Counted from the first letter of the stretch, positions 19,520 to 29,022 are shown. The stretch: DNA of 64,000 bases from Thermomicrobiaceae bacterium (GCA_035693105.1 DASSHC010000467.1:4157-68156), one strand, 5' to 3'. Numbers and translations are program-made. The notes: a model not told the origin generated them from the letters alone.

Positions 19520-20549
19520 CGTTCCTGACGGCAACGAGGCCGGCGGGCTGACCCGCGAGATGGAGAATGCCTGGCGCGTCATCACCGCCGCGGAGCGCGT
19601 GCTGGTCCTGACCCACGCCAACCCGGACGCCGACGCGATCGCTTCCGCTTGTGCGCTCGACGATGCCCTCCGTGCGCGTGGACAGGTAGCTGTGCCGGTC
19701 GTTGGCGACGGCGTCCTGCCCGGTGACCTGCGCTTCATCCCCGGCAGCGCGCGGCTGACCGACCCCGCCACGCTCAGGATCCAGGACTTCGACCTGCTCT
19801 TGCTGGTGGATTGTGCCGAGCCGCAGCGGCTCGGCCCGCTGTACCAGCAGCACCCGGAGTGGTTCAACGGTGAGCGACCGCTGGTCAACATCGACCACCA
19901 CGTCACCAACGCGCGCTTCGGTGTGGCCCACATCGTCGATCCCAACGCCGCCGCCAGCTGCGAGGTGCTGACGCTCCTCTTCGAGACCGTTGGCGCGCCG
20001 ATTGGACCCCAGTTGGCGACCGCGCTCGCCGCTGGCATCTACGGCGACACGCTCGGTCTCCAGACTCCGAGCACCACCAGCCGCACCATGCGCATCGCCG
20101 CCGATCTCCTCGATCGGGGCGCCGATACGCTGGCGATCGTGGATAACCTCTTCCGGCTCAAGCCCTTCTCGACTATCAAGCTGTGGGGACAGGTGCTCGA
20201 TCGGGCCGAGCGCCTGGGCGATTTGATCTGGACCGAGATCACGCCGGCCATGCTGGCCGCCAGCGGCGCGGTGCCCGCCGAGGGAGAGGGCATTGTCAAC
20301 TTCATCGCCGGCTGCGCCGAGGCGCACCTGGCCGTTCTCTTCTACCTGCGAGAAGATGGCTGGCGCGTCAGCCTGCGCTCGATCACCGACATCGATGTCT
20401 CCCAACTGGCCCGGCATTGGGGCGGCGGCGGACACAGCCGCGCCGCCGGCTGCACGCTGACCGGCGGTGTCGAGGTCCGCGATGCGTTCCTGAACGAGCT
20501 GGCCGCGATGGTCGCCGCGCTGGTGCACGCTCCGGCGCCCGCGGAGTGA
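19506..20549 (+). CDS. nrnA: DHH/DHHA1 phosphoesterase (NrnA-like oligoribonuclease/pAp phosphatase)
   Basis: THANPDADAIAS (DHH motif I/II region), NIDHH, GGGGHSRAAG (DHHA1). Confidence 0.8.
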   Translation: MSLSNVPDGNEAGGLTREMENAWRVITAAERVLVLTHANPDADAIASACALDDALRARGQVAVPVVGDGVLPGDLRFIPGSARLTDPATLRIQDFDLLLLVDCAEPQRLGPLYQQHPEWFNGERPLVNIDHHVTNARFGVAHIVDPNAAASCEVLTLLFETVGAPIGPQLATALAAGIYGDTLGLQTPSTTSRTMRIAADLLDRGADTLAIVDNLFRLKPFSTIKLWGQVLDRAERLGDLIWTEITPAMLAASGAVPAEGEGIVNFIAGCAEAHLAVLFYLREDGWRVSLRSITDIDVSQLARHWGGGGHSRAAGCTLTGGVEVRDAFLNELAAMVAALVHAPAPAE

Positions 20550-21452
20550 TTGGTGCCTTTGCCGCTCCACGGCATTCTGGTCTGCGACAAGCCGCGCGGC
20601 CCCTCGTCGCATGATCTGGTAGCGCGCGTTCGCCGCCTGCTCGGCACGCGCCGGGTAGGTCACGCCGGCACGCTCGACCCGGCCGCCGAAGGTGTCTTGC
20701 TGATCGCGGTGGGCCGCGCGACCAAGCTCATCGAGAGCCTGCAAGCCGGCCGCAAGGAGTACGCCGCGCGCCTGGTGCTTGGCCAGGTCTCCACCAGCGG
20801 CGACCTCGAAGGACCGCTGCTGGCCTCCCCGGAGCACACGGCGCCGGACGCGGCCGAGATTCGCGCCGCGCTCGACAGCTTTCGGGGCGAGATCGAGCAA
20901 GTGCCGCCTGCTCACTCTGCCATCAAGGTCGCGGGTCAGCCGCTCTACCGCAGCGCGCGCCGTGGCGAGGTCGTCACGGTCCCCAGCCGACGTGTCACCA
21001 TCTACGGCCTGAACCTGCTCGATTACCACTACCCCGAGCTGGACATCGTGGTCGAATGCTCCAGCGGCACGTACATTCGCACGCTGGCTAGCGACCTCGG
21101 CGCGGCGCTCGGCACCGGTGCCTACCTGCACGCTCTCGTGCGCACCTGTGTAGGTCGATTCGGTCTTGCCGAGGCCTGGACGCTGGACGAGCTGGAGCGC
21201 CGGCTCTCGCCCGCGAGCTTCAGTGGCATGGCGCTTCACCCGGACGACGCGCTGCCGGAGCGACAGACGCTGCTGCTCGATTCGGCGCAGACCGGCGCGT
21301 GGTATGATGGGCGTCCGGTGCGCCGGACGGGCACGGCCGGGACCGCTGCACGCTGTGGCTCTTTCAACGCCGGCGGTCGCTGGCTGGGCGTGGGCGCGCT
21401 CGACTCGACGGCCGACCAGTGGCTGCCGCGGCTGGTCGTGGGGAGTAGCTAG
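20550..21452 (+). CDS. truB: tRNA pseudouridine(55) synthase
   Basis: G.LVCDKP.G.SSHD, VGHAGTLDPAAEGVL. TTG/GTG start directly after the nrnA stop. Confidence 0.9.
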   Translation: MVPLPLHGILVCDKPRGPSSHDLVARVRRLLGTRRVGHAGTLDPAAEGVLLIAVGRATKLIESLQAGRKEYAARLVLGQVSTSGDLEGPLLASPEHTAPDAAEIRAALDSFRGEIEQVPPAHSAIKVAGQPLYRSARRGEVVTVPSRRVTIYGLNLLDYHYPELDIVVECSSGTYIRTLASDLGAALGTGAYLHALVRTCVGRFGLAEAWTLDELERRLSPASFSGMALHPDDALPERQTLLLDSAQTGAWYDGRPVRRTGTAGTAARCGSFNAGGRWLGVGALDSTADQWLPRLVVGSS

Positions 21453-21458
21453 CCCAGA

Positions 21459-22436
21459 ATGCGCGAGAGATCGGCCTCCCACGTAGTAACCATCGGCAAT
21501 TTCGACGGCGTGCACCTGGGACACCAGTTCCTGCTGCGGCTGGTCATCGATGAGGCTGCCCGTCTCCACTGCGGCAGCGCCGCGATCACCTTCGATCCGC
21601 TCCCGCCGGAGCTGCTGCGCCCTGAGGCTGCACCGCCACGCCTGACCACGACAGACGATCGGGTGGCGCTGATCGCGGCCCAGGGAATCGACACCGTACG
21701 CCTGATCCCGTTCACCCGCGAGCTCTCGGAACTGAGTCCCGAGGCCTTCGTGCAGACGCTGGCGGCTGAGCTGCAGCCGGTCGAGATCGTCGTCGGCGCC
21801 GATTTCCGCTTCGGCCACCGTCGCGCCGGCACGGTCGAAGTCCTGCGCGAGCTGGGCGAGCGCTACGGCTTCCAGGTGCGGGTGCTCGATCGCGTTGGCG
21901 ATGTCGAGACCGACTTCAGCAGTTCGCGGGTGCGCGTCGCTCTGGCGGCTGGTGCGGTTGAGCAGGCGGCGGCGCTCCTGGGCCGTCCCTATTTCCTGCG
22001 CGGCACTGTCATTGTGGGTGAGCAACGCGGCCGCTTGCTGGGCTTCCCGACCGCGAACCTCGACATCGCCGAACGGCTCGCGATTCCTGACGACGGCATC
22101 TACGCCGGCCTGGCACGGCTCGACGACGAGCCGCGCCTGATCCCGGCCATGATCTACATCGGCTCGCGCCCGACCTTCGACGGCGACGAGCGGTCCGTGG
22201 AGGTCAATCTGCTTGATTTCGAACGGGATATCTACGGCCACCGGCTCGCCGTGGTGTTTGCCGTCCGCATCCGTGGCGACCTCCACTTCGACAGCGTCGA
22301 CAATCTCATCAAGCAAATGAACCAGGACCGGGCGGAGTCGATCGTAAAGCTGGCCGGGCTGCCCACCTGGTGGCCGGGCGAGCCGCTGGCAGCGATCCTG
22401 GGTGTGGTTGAAGGAGCGATTCGTGGTCATGAGTGA
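21459..22436 (+). CDS. ribF: Bifunctional riboflavin kinase / FMN adenylyltransferase
   Basis: IGNFDGVHLGHQ, GFPTANL, and the C-terminal kinase block with E..L.DF..D.YG. Confidence 0.9.
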   Translation: MRERSASHVVTIGNFDGVHLGHQFLLRLVIDEAARLHCGSAAITFDPLPPELLRPEAAPPRLTTTDDRVALIAAQGIDTVRLIPFTRELSELSPEAFVQTLAAELQPVEIVVGADFRFGHRRAGTVEVLRELGERYGFQVRVLDRVGDVETDFSSSRVRVALAAGAVEQAAALLGRPYFLRGTVIVGEQRGRLLGFPTANLDIAERLAIPDDGIYAGLARLDDEPRLIPAMIYIGSRPTFDGDERSVEVNLLDFERDIYGHRLAVVFAVRIRGDLHFDSVDNLIKQMNQDRAESIVKLAGLPTWWPGEPLAAILGVVEGAIRGHE

Positions 22437-23634
22437 CCCGACTGCGCGCGAGGCCGCGGTCGACCGGCTGCTGGCGCGCGGCGTCGCCGAGGTCATCGTG
22501 CGCGAGGAATTGCGCGCTCGGCTGCTCGGCACGCGCCCGCTACGGGTCAAATTCGGCGTCGACCCCACGCGCCCCGACCTGCACCTCGGCCACTACGTCG
22601 TCTTCCGCAAGCTGCGCGAGTTCCAGGCGTTGGGCCACGAGATCGTCATCATCATCGGCGACTGGACCGCCCAGATCGGCGATCCCTCCGGCCGCTCGGC
22701 CACCCGCCAGATGCTGACCGCCGACGAGGTGCGAGCCAACGCCCAGACCTACCTCGACCAGCTCTTCAAGGTCATCGACGCCGAGCGCACCGAGATCAAC
22801 TGGCAGAGCGCCTGGTTCGGCACGTTCACCCTGGCCGACGTCATCGACCTGACCAGCCGCTACACCGTGGCGCGCATGCTGGCGCGCGACGACTTCGCCA
22901 AACGCTACGCCGAAGGCGCACCGATCGCGGTCACCGAGTTCCTCTATCCGCTTCTTCAGGGGTACGATTCAGTAGCCGTGCGCGCCGATGTTGAGCTGGG
23001 TGGTACCGATCAGACGTTCAACCTGCTGGTCGGGCGCGATATCCAGCGCGAGGTCGGCCAGCAGCCGCAGGACATTCTGACACTGCCGCTCCTGGTCGGC
23101 ACCGACGGCGCGCAGAAGATGAGCAAGAGTCTGGGCAACTACATCGGCGTCACCGAGCCAGCCGACAGCATGTTCGGCAAGCTCATGTCGATCCCCGACA
23201 GCGCCATGCCGGACTACTACCGGCTACTAACTGGGCTGCCGGCCGACGAGATCGAGACCTTGCTGGCGACAGTCGGCGCCGGCACGCTCAACCCACGCGA
23301 GGCCAAAGAGCGCCTGGCGACGCTGATCGTGACCGATCTGCACAGTTCCCATGAAGCCGAGCAGGCCCGCGACGAGTTCAACCGCGTGCACAAGCATCAT
23401 GAGCTGCCGCGCGAGATGCCCGAGATCGCGGTGCCGCGCCAAGTGCGCCTGATCCCGCTGCTGGTGCAAGCCGGGCTGGCCGAGAAGAACAACGAGGCCC
23501 GGCGTTATGTCACCCAGGGCGGCGTGCGGATCGACGGCGAACGCATCGAGGACCCCAACGCCGAGATCGTCCTCACGGGGCCAACCGTGCTCCAGGTCGG
23601 CCCGCGCCGCTTCGTACGCCTCATGCCTGAGTGA
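22429..23634 (+). CDS. tyrS: Tyrosine--tRNA ligase
   Basis: HIGH-type motif (DLHLGHYV), KMSKS, and a C-terminal S4-like domain. ATG 22429 with AAGGAG upstream; it overlaps the ribF stop by 8 nt. Confidence 0.9.
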   Translation: MSDPTAREAAVDRLLARGVAEVIVREELRARLLGTRPLRVKFGVDPTRPDLHLGHYVVFRKLREFQALGHEIVIIIGDWTAQIGDPSGRSATRQMLTADEVRANAQTYLDQLFKVIDAERTEINWQSAWFGTFTLADVIDLTSRYTVARMLARDDFAKRYAEGAPIAVTEFLYPLLQGYDSVAVRADVELGGTDQTFNLLVGRDIQREVGQQPQDILTLPLLVGTDGAQKMSKSLGNYIGVTEPADSMFGKLMSIPDSAMPDYYRLLTGLPADEIETLLATVGAGTLNPREAKERLATLIVTDLHSSHEAEQARDEFNRVHKHHELPREMPEIAVPRQVRLIPLLVQAGLAEKNNEARRYVTQGGVRIDGERIEDPNAEIVLTGPTVLQVGPRRFVRLMPE

Positions 23635-23676
23635 GCGCCCCCGCTATGCTATACTGAATGGTGCGAACGGCCGCTC

Positions 23677-23749
23677 CGGGGTGTGGCGCAGTTGGTAGCG
23701 CACAGCGTTTGGGACGCTGGGGCCGGAGGTTCGAGTCCTCTCACCCCGA
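23677..23749 (+). tRNA. tRNA-Pro (anticodon UGG)
   Basis: Hand-folded cloverleaf. Acceptor CGGGGTG/CACCCCG, D stem GCGC/GCGC, anticodon stem CAGCG/CGCTG with loop TTTGGGA, T arm GGAGG-TTCGAGT-CCTCT. CCA is not encoded. Confidence 0.9.
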
Positions 23750-23752
23750 CTC

Positions 23753-23825
23753 GCGGGAGTAACTCAGTTGGTAGAGTTCCTGCCTTCCAAGCAGGTTGTC
23801 GCGGGTTCGAGTCCCGTCTCCCGCT
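23753..23825 (+). tRNA. tRNA-Gly (anticodon UCC)
   Basis: Acceptor GCGGGAG/CTCCCGC, D stem ACTC/GAGT, anticodon stem CCTGC/GCAGG with loop CTTCCAA, T arm GCGGG-TTCGAGT-CCCGT. Lies only 3 nt after tRNA-Pro. Confidence 0.9.
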
Positions 23826-23857
23826 CCCCATTCCAAGCTCCTCGAAGAGGTGTAAGC

Positions 23858-24133
23858 ATGTCAACGCGCATCCTGTCTCTGGAATTGCCTGAAGAACTGT
23901 TGCTCCTGCTGGGATCCGACGAGGTCGCCACAGCCAAGGCCAAAGAGGCACTGGTTCTCGAACTGCTCCGAGAGGCGCGGATCAGTCAGGGGCAAGCTGC
24001 TCGGCTGCTCGGTGTTACACGTAGGGATATCCTCGCGCTGGCCGCCCGTTATCACATCTCCTCGGGGCCAGCGACTCCTAACGAGTTGAGCGAGGAACTT
24101 GATCGAATGCAACGCGCGCCCCAAGAGCCCTGA
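23858..24133 (+). CDS. UPF0175-family putative antitoxin
   Basis: Internal ATG 23858. LELPEELLLLLG...AKEALVLELLREARISQGQAARLLGVTRRDILALAARY is the typical UPF0175 layout. Confidence 0.7.
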   Translation: MSTRILSLELPEELLLLLGSDEVATAKAKEALVLELLREARISQGQAARLLGVTRRDILALAARYHISSGPATPNELSEELDRMQRAPQEP

Positions 24134-24137
24134 CGGC

Positions 24138-24644
24138 ATGCCCGCCGTCAGCAATAGCAGCCCCCTCATTCTTTTTGCCAGCATCGGTCGGCTTGATCTC
24201 CTTCAAGGTGTGTTCGGCGACATTTATGTTCCGGACGCCGTGTGGCGCGAGGTTGTAACAGACGGTGGCGAAAGGCTCGACGCGGTGCAGGTGGTCGAAG
24301 CCCATTGGATCAAACCTCGATCCGTCGCACAAGCCGTGGTTGCACGGGAGCTAGCACAAAGTTTGGGCGATGGCGAAGCAGAGGCCATAGCACTCGCACT
24401 CGAGATTGGCGACCAAATTCCGTTGCTACTCGATGACCGAAAAGCTCGAGCGATTGCCCGCCGACTTCAACTGAACATCATAGGGAATTCCGGCCTGCTC
24501 GTGCTCGCCAAGAATCGGAGTCTCATCGCACTTGTCAGGCCGATTCTTGACCAGTTGCATGGCGCCGGGCTGTATCTCGATGATGCAGTTCGTGCCCAGT
24601 TACTACGCGCCGCCGGAGAGCCAATGAACGAGTCGCGCGAGTAA
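24138..24644 (+). CDS. DUF3368 (PIN-like) putative toxin partner of UPF0175
   Basis: Internal ATG 24138, 4 nt after the antitoxin stop. VSNSSPLILFASIGRLDLL, GEAEAIALALE, LLLDDRKARAIARRL. Confidence 0.7.
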   Translation: MPAVSNSSPLILFASIGRLDLLQGVFGDIYVPDAVWREVVTDGGERLDAVQVVEAHWIKPRSVAQAVVARELAQSLGDGEAEAIALALEIGDQIPLLLDDRKARAIARRLQLNIIGNSGLLVLAKNRSLIALVRPILDQLHGAGLYLDDAVRAQLLRAAGEPMNESRE

Positions 24645-24852
24645 AGTCGTTCATCCCCCGATCCCTTCGGATGGGAACCAATCTCGATAGGCGCCTTTGA
24701 GAGGTTATTCCCGTCTCGCACAGCGCGGGAAGCGTGTTGCATCCCTTGCAGGCCGTGCTCTGAGCGTGTTTCCCGTCCCAACCGCCCGCGCTGCCCCCCC
24801 GTGGTGTACCATCTCCGGAAGCGATTCGATCGCAGTGCGAGGAGACCGGCTG

Positions 24853-26109
24853 ATGGGGGATGTGCAGGCGGAGGAGCGGACCGGGGGCGCCGCCGGAGCG
24901 ACGACGGCGTCCCAGGCTACGACGCCCTCCCAGAGCGGCACCCTCAACCTCAAAGCCATTCTCACCATGGCCTTCGCCCACTTCTCGCACGACCTCTACG
25001 GCTCGTTCATCCCCGTGCTGATCCCACCGATCCAAGACAAGCTCGGCATCCCGCTCTCGGTCGTCTCGCTGATGTCTCCCGCGCAGCAGTTCCCCAGCGT
25101 CGTGCAGCCAGCCGTGGGCGCGGTCGCCGATCGCGTCGGGCGGCGCTGGTTCGTAGTGCTGGCGCCGTCGGTCGCGGCGGTCTCGGTCTCGCTGGTCGGG
25201 CTTGCGCCGCACTTCAGCATCGTGCTCATCTTGCTCCTCACCGCCGGGTTCGCCTCGGCCGCCTTCCACCCGCCGGCGGTCACGCTGGCCGGCGAGTTCG
25301 CCGGCGGCAAGACCGGCCAGGCCATGGGCTGGTTCATGGCCGGCGGGCAGCTCGCGCGCACGCTCGGCCCGCTGCTTATCACCGCAGCCATCGCCTGGTT
25401 TACCCTTGAAGGTTCCTTCGTAGTGATGATCTTCGGCTTGATGGCGTCGGTCCTCCTCTTCCTCACGCTCGATACACGCGAGGTCGATATCAGGACCAGG
25501 TCGAAAGTTCAGGTACCCCTTCGCCCACTGTTGCGCGCCCGCTGGAGCTGGATCACGAGCCTCGTCCTGGTCGGTTTCGCCCGCAGCGTCAGCTCCGTTC
25601 CGTTCACGCTCTTCCTGGTCAAGCTGCTGGAGGATCAGGGACACAGCGCCTGGTACGGAGGCTTCTCGCTCTCGGTTCTCTTCGGCGCCGGGGTTTTCGG
25701 CGGCTTCCTCGGCGGCACGCTCTCCGATCAGTATGGCCGCCGCAGCATCCTCGCCGTGACGTCGATCATCAGCCCGCCGCTCCTCTACCTCTACCTCTGG
25801 CAGGCTGAGCAGCCGGTGCTGGCGATCGCGCTCCTGATCGTCAACGGGATCGTCCTCTCGGCGCTGCGCCCGGTGCAACTCGCCTACATCCACGACATGG
25901 TGCCGGAAGCGCCCGGTCCCGCCAACGGGCTGATCCTGGCCTTCCAGTTCGTGGGACAGAGCGTGGCTGCCTTCGCCTTCGGCGCCTTCGCCGACTCCAT
26001 CGGCCTCGTCAGCGCCTTCTGGTGGGTACCAGGGACGGCGCTTCTGGCTCTGCCGCTCATCGCGCTGCTCCCGGGCCGGGAGCGTATCGCCGAGTTACAC
26101 CGCACCTAG
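24853..26109 (+). CDS. MFS transporter
   Basis: ATG 24853 (AGGAG upstream). About 12 hydrophobic spans and an MFS-like loop (GAVADRVGRRW). Confidence 0.8.
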   Translation: MGDVQAEERTGGAAGATTASQATTPSQSGTLNLKAILTMAFAHFSHDLYGSFIPVLIPPIQDKLGIPLSVVSLMSPAQQFPSVVQPAVGAVADRVGRRWFVVLAPSVAAVSVSLVGLAPHFSIVLILLLTAGFASAAFHPPAVTLAGEFAGGKTGQAMGWFMAGGQLARTLGPLLITAAIAWFTLEGSFVVMIFGLMASVLLFLTLDTREVDIRTRSKVQVPLRPLLRARWSWITSLVLVGFARSVSSVPFTLFLVKLLEDQGHSAWYGGFSLSVLFGAGVFGGFLGGTLSDQYGRRSILAVTSIISPPLLYLYLWQAEQPVLAIALLIVNGIVLSALRPVQLAYIHDMVPEAPGPANGLILAFQFVGQSVAAFAFGAFADSIGLVSAFWWVPGTALLALPLIALLPGRERIAELHRT

Positions 26110-26132
26110 GTTCGTCCGGCGATCCCGCGCGG

Positions 26133-26471
26133 CTACGCGTAGAGGGTGGGATCGACCAGCTCCATGCGCGGCGCCGGCACGATCGGGTAGATCGGGGCGA
26201 TCTTACCGAAGTGCCAACCCTCGCGCTCGGAGCGCCGCTCCAGAGCCGCGAGGTGCTTGCAGACACCCGTGTAGCCGTAGCCCTCGCAGCTGCAGGCCCA
26301 GCCCTCCGGCGACTTCTCCAGGTGATAGGTCACGTTCGGGTATGTCTGGCTGCGGCTGGTGTAGTGCCGCTCCGGCCGCCTGACGCGCACGCGCACGCCC
26401 CGCTCGTGAGCGCGCGCCCGCGCCTCGATCTCACGCGCCGCCCGCGGCTTTTGAAACGTCATACTCATCAT
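26133..26471 (-). CDS. Small SWIM zinc-finger protein (about 112 aa)
   Basis: C-x-C-x(n)-C-x-H pattern in WACSCEGYGYTGVCKHLAAL. ATG 26471 has AGGAG 5 nt upstream. The rest of the protein is unrecognised. Confidence 0.6.
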   Translation of the reverse strand: MMSMTFQKPRAAREIEARARAHERGVRVRVRRPERHYTSRSQTYPNVTYHLEKSPEGWACSCEGYGYTGVCKHLAALERRSEREGWHFGKIAPIYPIVPAPRMELVDPTLYA

Positions 26472-26746
26472 CTCAACTCCTGACTGCCGGGAAGCACGCG
26501 AATCGGCTGCTTCCGAATCCCCAATTATACCACATTCGCAACTTATCGTACCCACGCGACCGCTCGCCGCCATCTCGTCGCAGCATCTGTTCCGAGCTGC
26601 TCCCTCGATCAGGCAGCACCGAGACTCGCATCAATGGCAGTTACATCGCAATCCGATTCGATTAGGCGAAATAGTCTCGCAGCGCAAACACGATATGCGA
26701 TAATTCGGGGGTTGCGCGACCTCGGCTTTCACGCGGAGAACCACGA

Positions 26747-28003
26747 ATGTCCTTCCTGGATGAACGGATGAGCCCGGCGGTCCGGCGTGCCTTCTTGATG
26801 CTCGCGATCATGTCCGCTGCCTTCGGTATGTCGATGGCCATCCAGGAGAACATCGTCACCAACTACTTCGATCAGGTGCTCGGGTTGCAGGGCCCGCAGT
26901 TCGGCTACATCACCGCCATTCGCGAGGTTCCAGGCTTCCTGCTGATCCTGCTCACCGCGGTCTTCTACCGCATGTCGGTGTCGCGCTTGACCTCCATGGC
27001 GCTGGTGCTGGTCACGGTTGGCTACTGCCTATTCGGCCTGTCCAACTCCTTCTGGACGGTGGCGCCCTGGGTCGTCATCTCGTCGATGGGCTATCACACC
27101 GTGCTGCAGACGCAGTACGCCCTTGGTATGAGCCTGACGCAGCAGAACCGCAGTGGGCGCATCCTGGGGCTGATGTCGGCAGTCAACGCCGGCGGCGGGC
27201 TGCTCGCGATGATCCTGGTGCTGGTCACCTTCCACTTCGGCTGGCTCTCGTTCCGTCCAACCTTCGTTATCGCCGGAGCCATCGCCCTGGTCGCCGCGTT
27301 CGCGATCTTCCCCTTCCCAACCATGCAGGACGGCGTCGCGACGCCTCATCTGCCGCGGCGCGAGCGCGTCGTGGTGCGCCGCTCCTACCGGCTCTATTAC
27401 TACCTGTGCCTTCTCGATGGCGCGCGCCAGCAGATCTTCTTCTCATTCGGCCTGTGGGTGTTGGTGCAAGAGTTCGGCATGACCGTGCCGGTGATCAGCG
27501 CGCTGCTCTTGTTGGTGCGCTGCTCGGGGATCGTGGTCGGACCCTGGATGGGGCGGCTGATCGACGCGCGCGGCGAGCGCGCCATGCTGGGCATCATCAA
27601 CGTCGCCTATGTCGCGGCGCTCGGCGGTTACGCCTTCTTCCACAGCGCGATCATCGCGGCGGCCTGCTACGCCATCTACTCACTGATCTTCCCACTCTCC
27701 AGCGTCGGCTCGGCCACCTACCTGCGCAAGATCGCCGTCTCCGATGAGGTCGCCCCCTCGCTGGCCATGGGGGTCACGCTGCAGCACGCGGCCGCCATCA
27801 TCGTGCCGGTCTCGACCGGCTTCATTCTGAACTTCGTGGGCTATCAGGTGCCCTTCCTCATCGCCTGTGGGTTCGCCTGCCTGACAATCCTGCTCACTCG
27901 CCGGCTCGATCCCGACACGCAGCGCTCGCCCGGCCGCATCGCCGAGGACGCCCGGCTGGCCACCCTCCAGCCGCAGCCCGAGGCCGCGCCCGCCGTCGGC
28001 TAG
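26747..28003 (+). CDS. MFS-type transporter
   Basis: 418 aa with about 12 hydrophobic spans. No specific subfamily recognised. Confidence 0.7.
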   Translation: MSFLDERMSPAVRRAFLMLAIMSAAFGMSMAIQENIVTNYFDQVLGLQGPQFGYITAIREVPGFLLILLTAVFYRMSVSRLTSMALVLVTVGYCLFGLSNSFWTVAPWVVISSMGYHTVLQTQYALGMSLTQQNRSGRILGLMSAVNAGGGLLAMILVLVTFHFGWLSFRPTFVIAGAIALVAAFAIFPFPTMQDGVATPHLPRRERVVVRRSYRLYYYLCLLDGARQQIFFSFGLWVLVQEFGMTVPVISALLLLVRCSGIVVGPWMGRLIDARGERAMLGIINVAYVAALGGYAFFHSAIIAAACYAIYSLIFPLSSVGSATYLRKIAVSDEVAPSLAMGVTLQHAAAIIVPVSTGFILNFVGYQVPFLIACGFACLTILLTRRLDPDTQRSPGRIAEDARLATLQPQPEAAPAVG

Positions 28004-29022
28004 TACTCGCAGAACAGCCGCTGGAGCCCCTCGCTCTCCATCCCCGCCGAAACGCCAAGCATCGTCAACACCCGTGCTTTTTGCGGGTTGAGATTGTCCG
28101 CCACTACGAACCCTTGCCGCCGCAGCGCTGCCCCGGCCAGCACGCGCCCGCTGCCGACTCGCGCTGCCTGCACGACCGGCACCCCTCGCTCCATCGCCGC
28201 GATCAAGACGACGCTCTGCTCGCGGCTGGTTCCAGCCGGCGCGAAGCAGGCGAGCACAATGGCTTGCGCCCCTGCCGCCAGCGCGGCCTCGACCGCCGCG
28301 CCGTCGGCTCCGGCATAGGCATAGACGATGTCGACTCGCGGCAGCGCCGCCAAACCACGCACGTCAAACTCGGTCTCCGGGTAATGGCGCCGGGTGGAGC
28401 GGCGATAGTAGACGACCGCGTCGGGATCGGCGTAGCCGAGCATCCCCAGATCCGGCGTGCGGAACGCCTCCAGGCGGTAGGTCGAGGTCTTGGTCACCTC
28501 GCGCGCCGCGTTGATCTCGTCGTTGAGCACCACCAGCACACCCTGCCCGCGTGAGGCCGGGTCGGCTGCTACCCGCACGGCATTGACCAAATTGAGCCGG
28601 GCATCGCCGCTCAAGGCCGAGAAAGGACGCTGCGCGCCGGTCACGACCACGGGGATCTCGACCTTCAGCGCCAGGTTGAGGAAGTACGCGGTCTCTTCCA
28701 GCGTCGCGGTGCCGTGGGTAACGACCACACCGCTCAGGCCAGGGTTCTCCGCCACGACGCGGTGGATCTGATCGTTCAGCACCAGCCAGTCGCTTGGCGT
28801 GACCGCCGTGCTCGCTTTCGTCCAACTGGCGAACGGGATGATCTCCGCGATCGAGGCGAGTTCCTGGACCTGATCGACGAGCTGTGCCGCGTCGAGAACG
28901 CCATTGTTGGACCCGTACTCGTAGAGGTCGAGGCTGTCCTTGCCAAGCGACTGGATGGTTCCTCCGGTGCCGATCACCGCCACCCGCGGGCGCGTTCCCT
29001 GTGCCATCTCGCTCCCCACCAT
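28000..29022 (-). CDS. L-asparaginase
   Basis: N-terminal catalytic Thr motif (VIGTGGTIQS), HGTATLEETA, VVVTGAQRP. Confidence 0.85.
   Translation of the reverse strand: MVGSEMAQGTRPRVAVIGTGGTIQSLGKDSLDLYEYGSNNGVLDAAQLVDQVQELASIAEIIPFASWTKASTAVTPSDWLVLNDQIHRVVAENPGLSGVVVTHGTATLEETAYFLNLALKVEIPVVVTGAQRPFSALSGDARLNLVNAVRVAADPASRGQGVLVVLNDEINAAREVTKTSTYRLEAFRTPDLGMLGYADPDAVVYYRRSTRRHYPETEFDVRGLAALPRVDIVYAYAGADGAAVEAALAAGAQAIVLACFAPAGTSREQSVVLIAAMERGVPVVQAARVGSGRVLAGAALRRQGFVVADNLNPQKARVLTMLGVSAGMESEGLQRLFCEY

Noticed and set aside
19362-22568. 1068-aa minus-strand ORF, the longest in the track
   Set aside because: It runs antisense across nrnA, truB and ribF, each of which has unmistakable motifs on the + strand. 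The composition is Arg/Ala/Gly-dominated and no domains are recognisable.
23650-23655. TATACT upstream of tRNA-Pro as its promoter -10
   Set aside because: Its position (22 nt before the mature 5' end) is plausible, but I could find no acceptable -35 at 16-18 nt spacing. It is left unannotated.
24709-24717. tcccgtctc, a 9-nt match to the tRNA-Gly 3' end (23813-23821), as a possible attR delimiting the TA islet
   Set aside because: A 9-nt match is expected by chance at about this frequency in 64 kb of biased-composition DNA. There is no integrase and no longer direct repeat.
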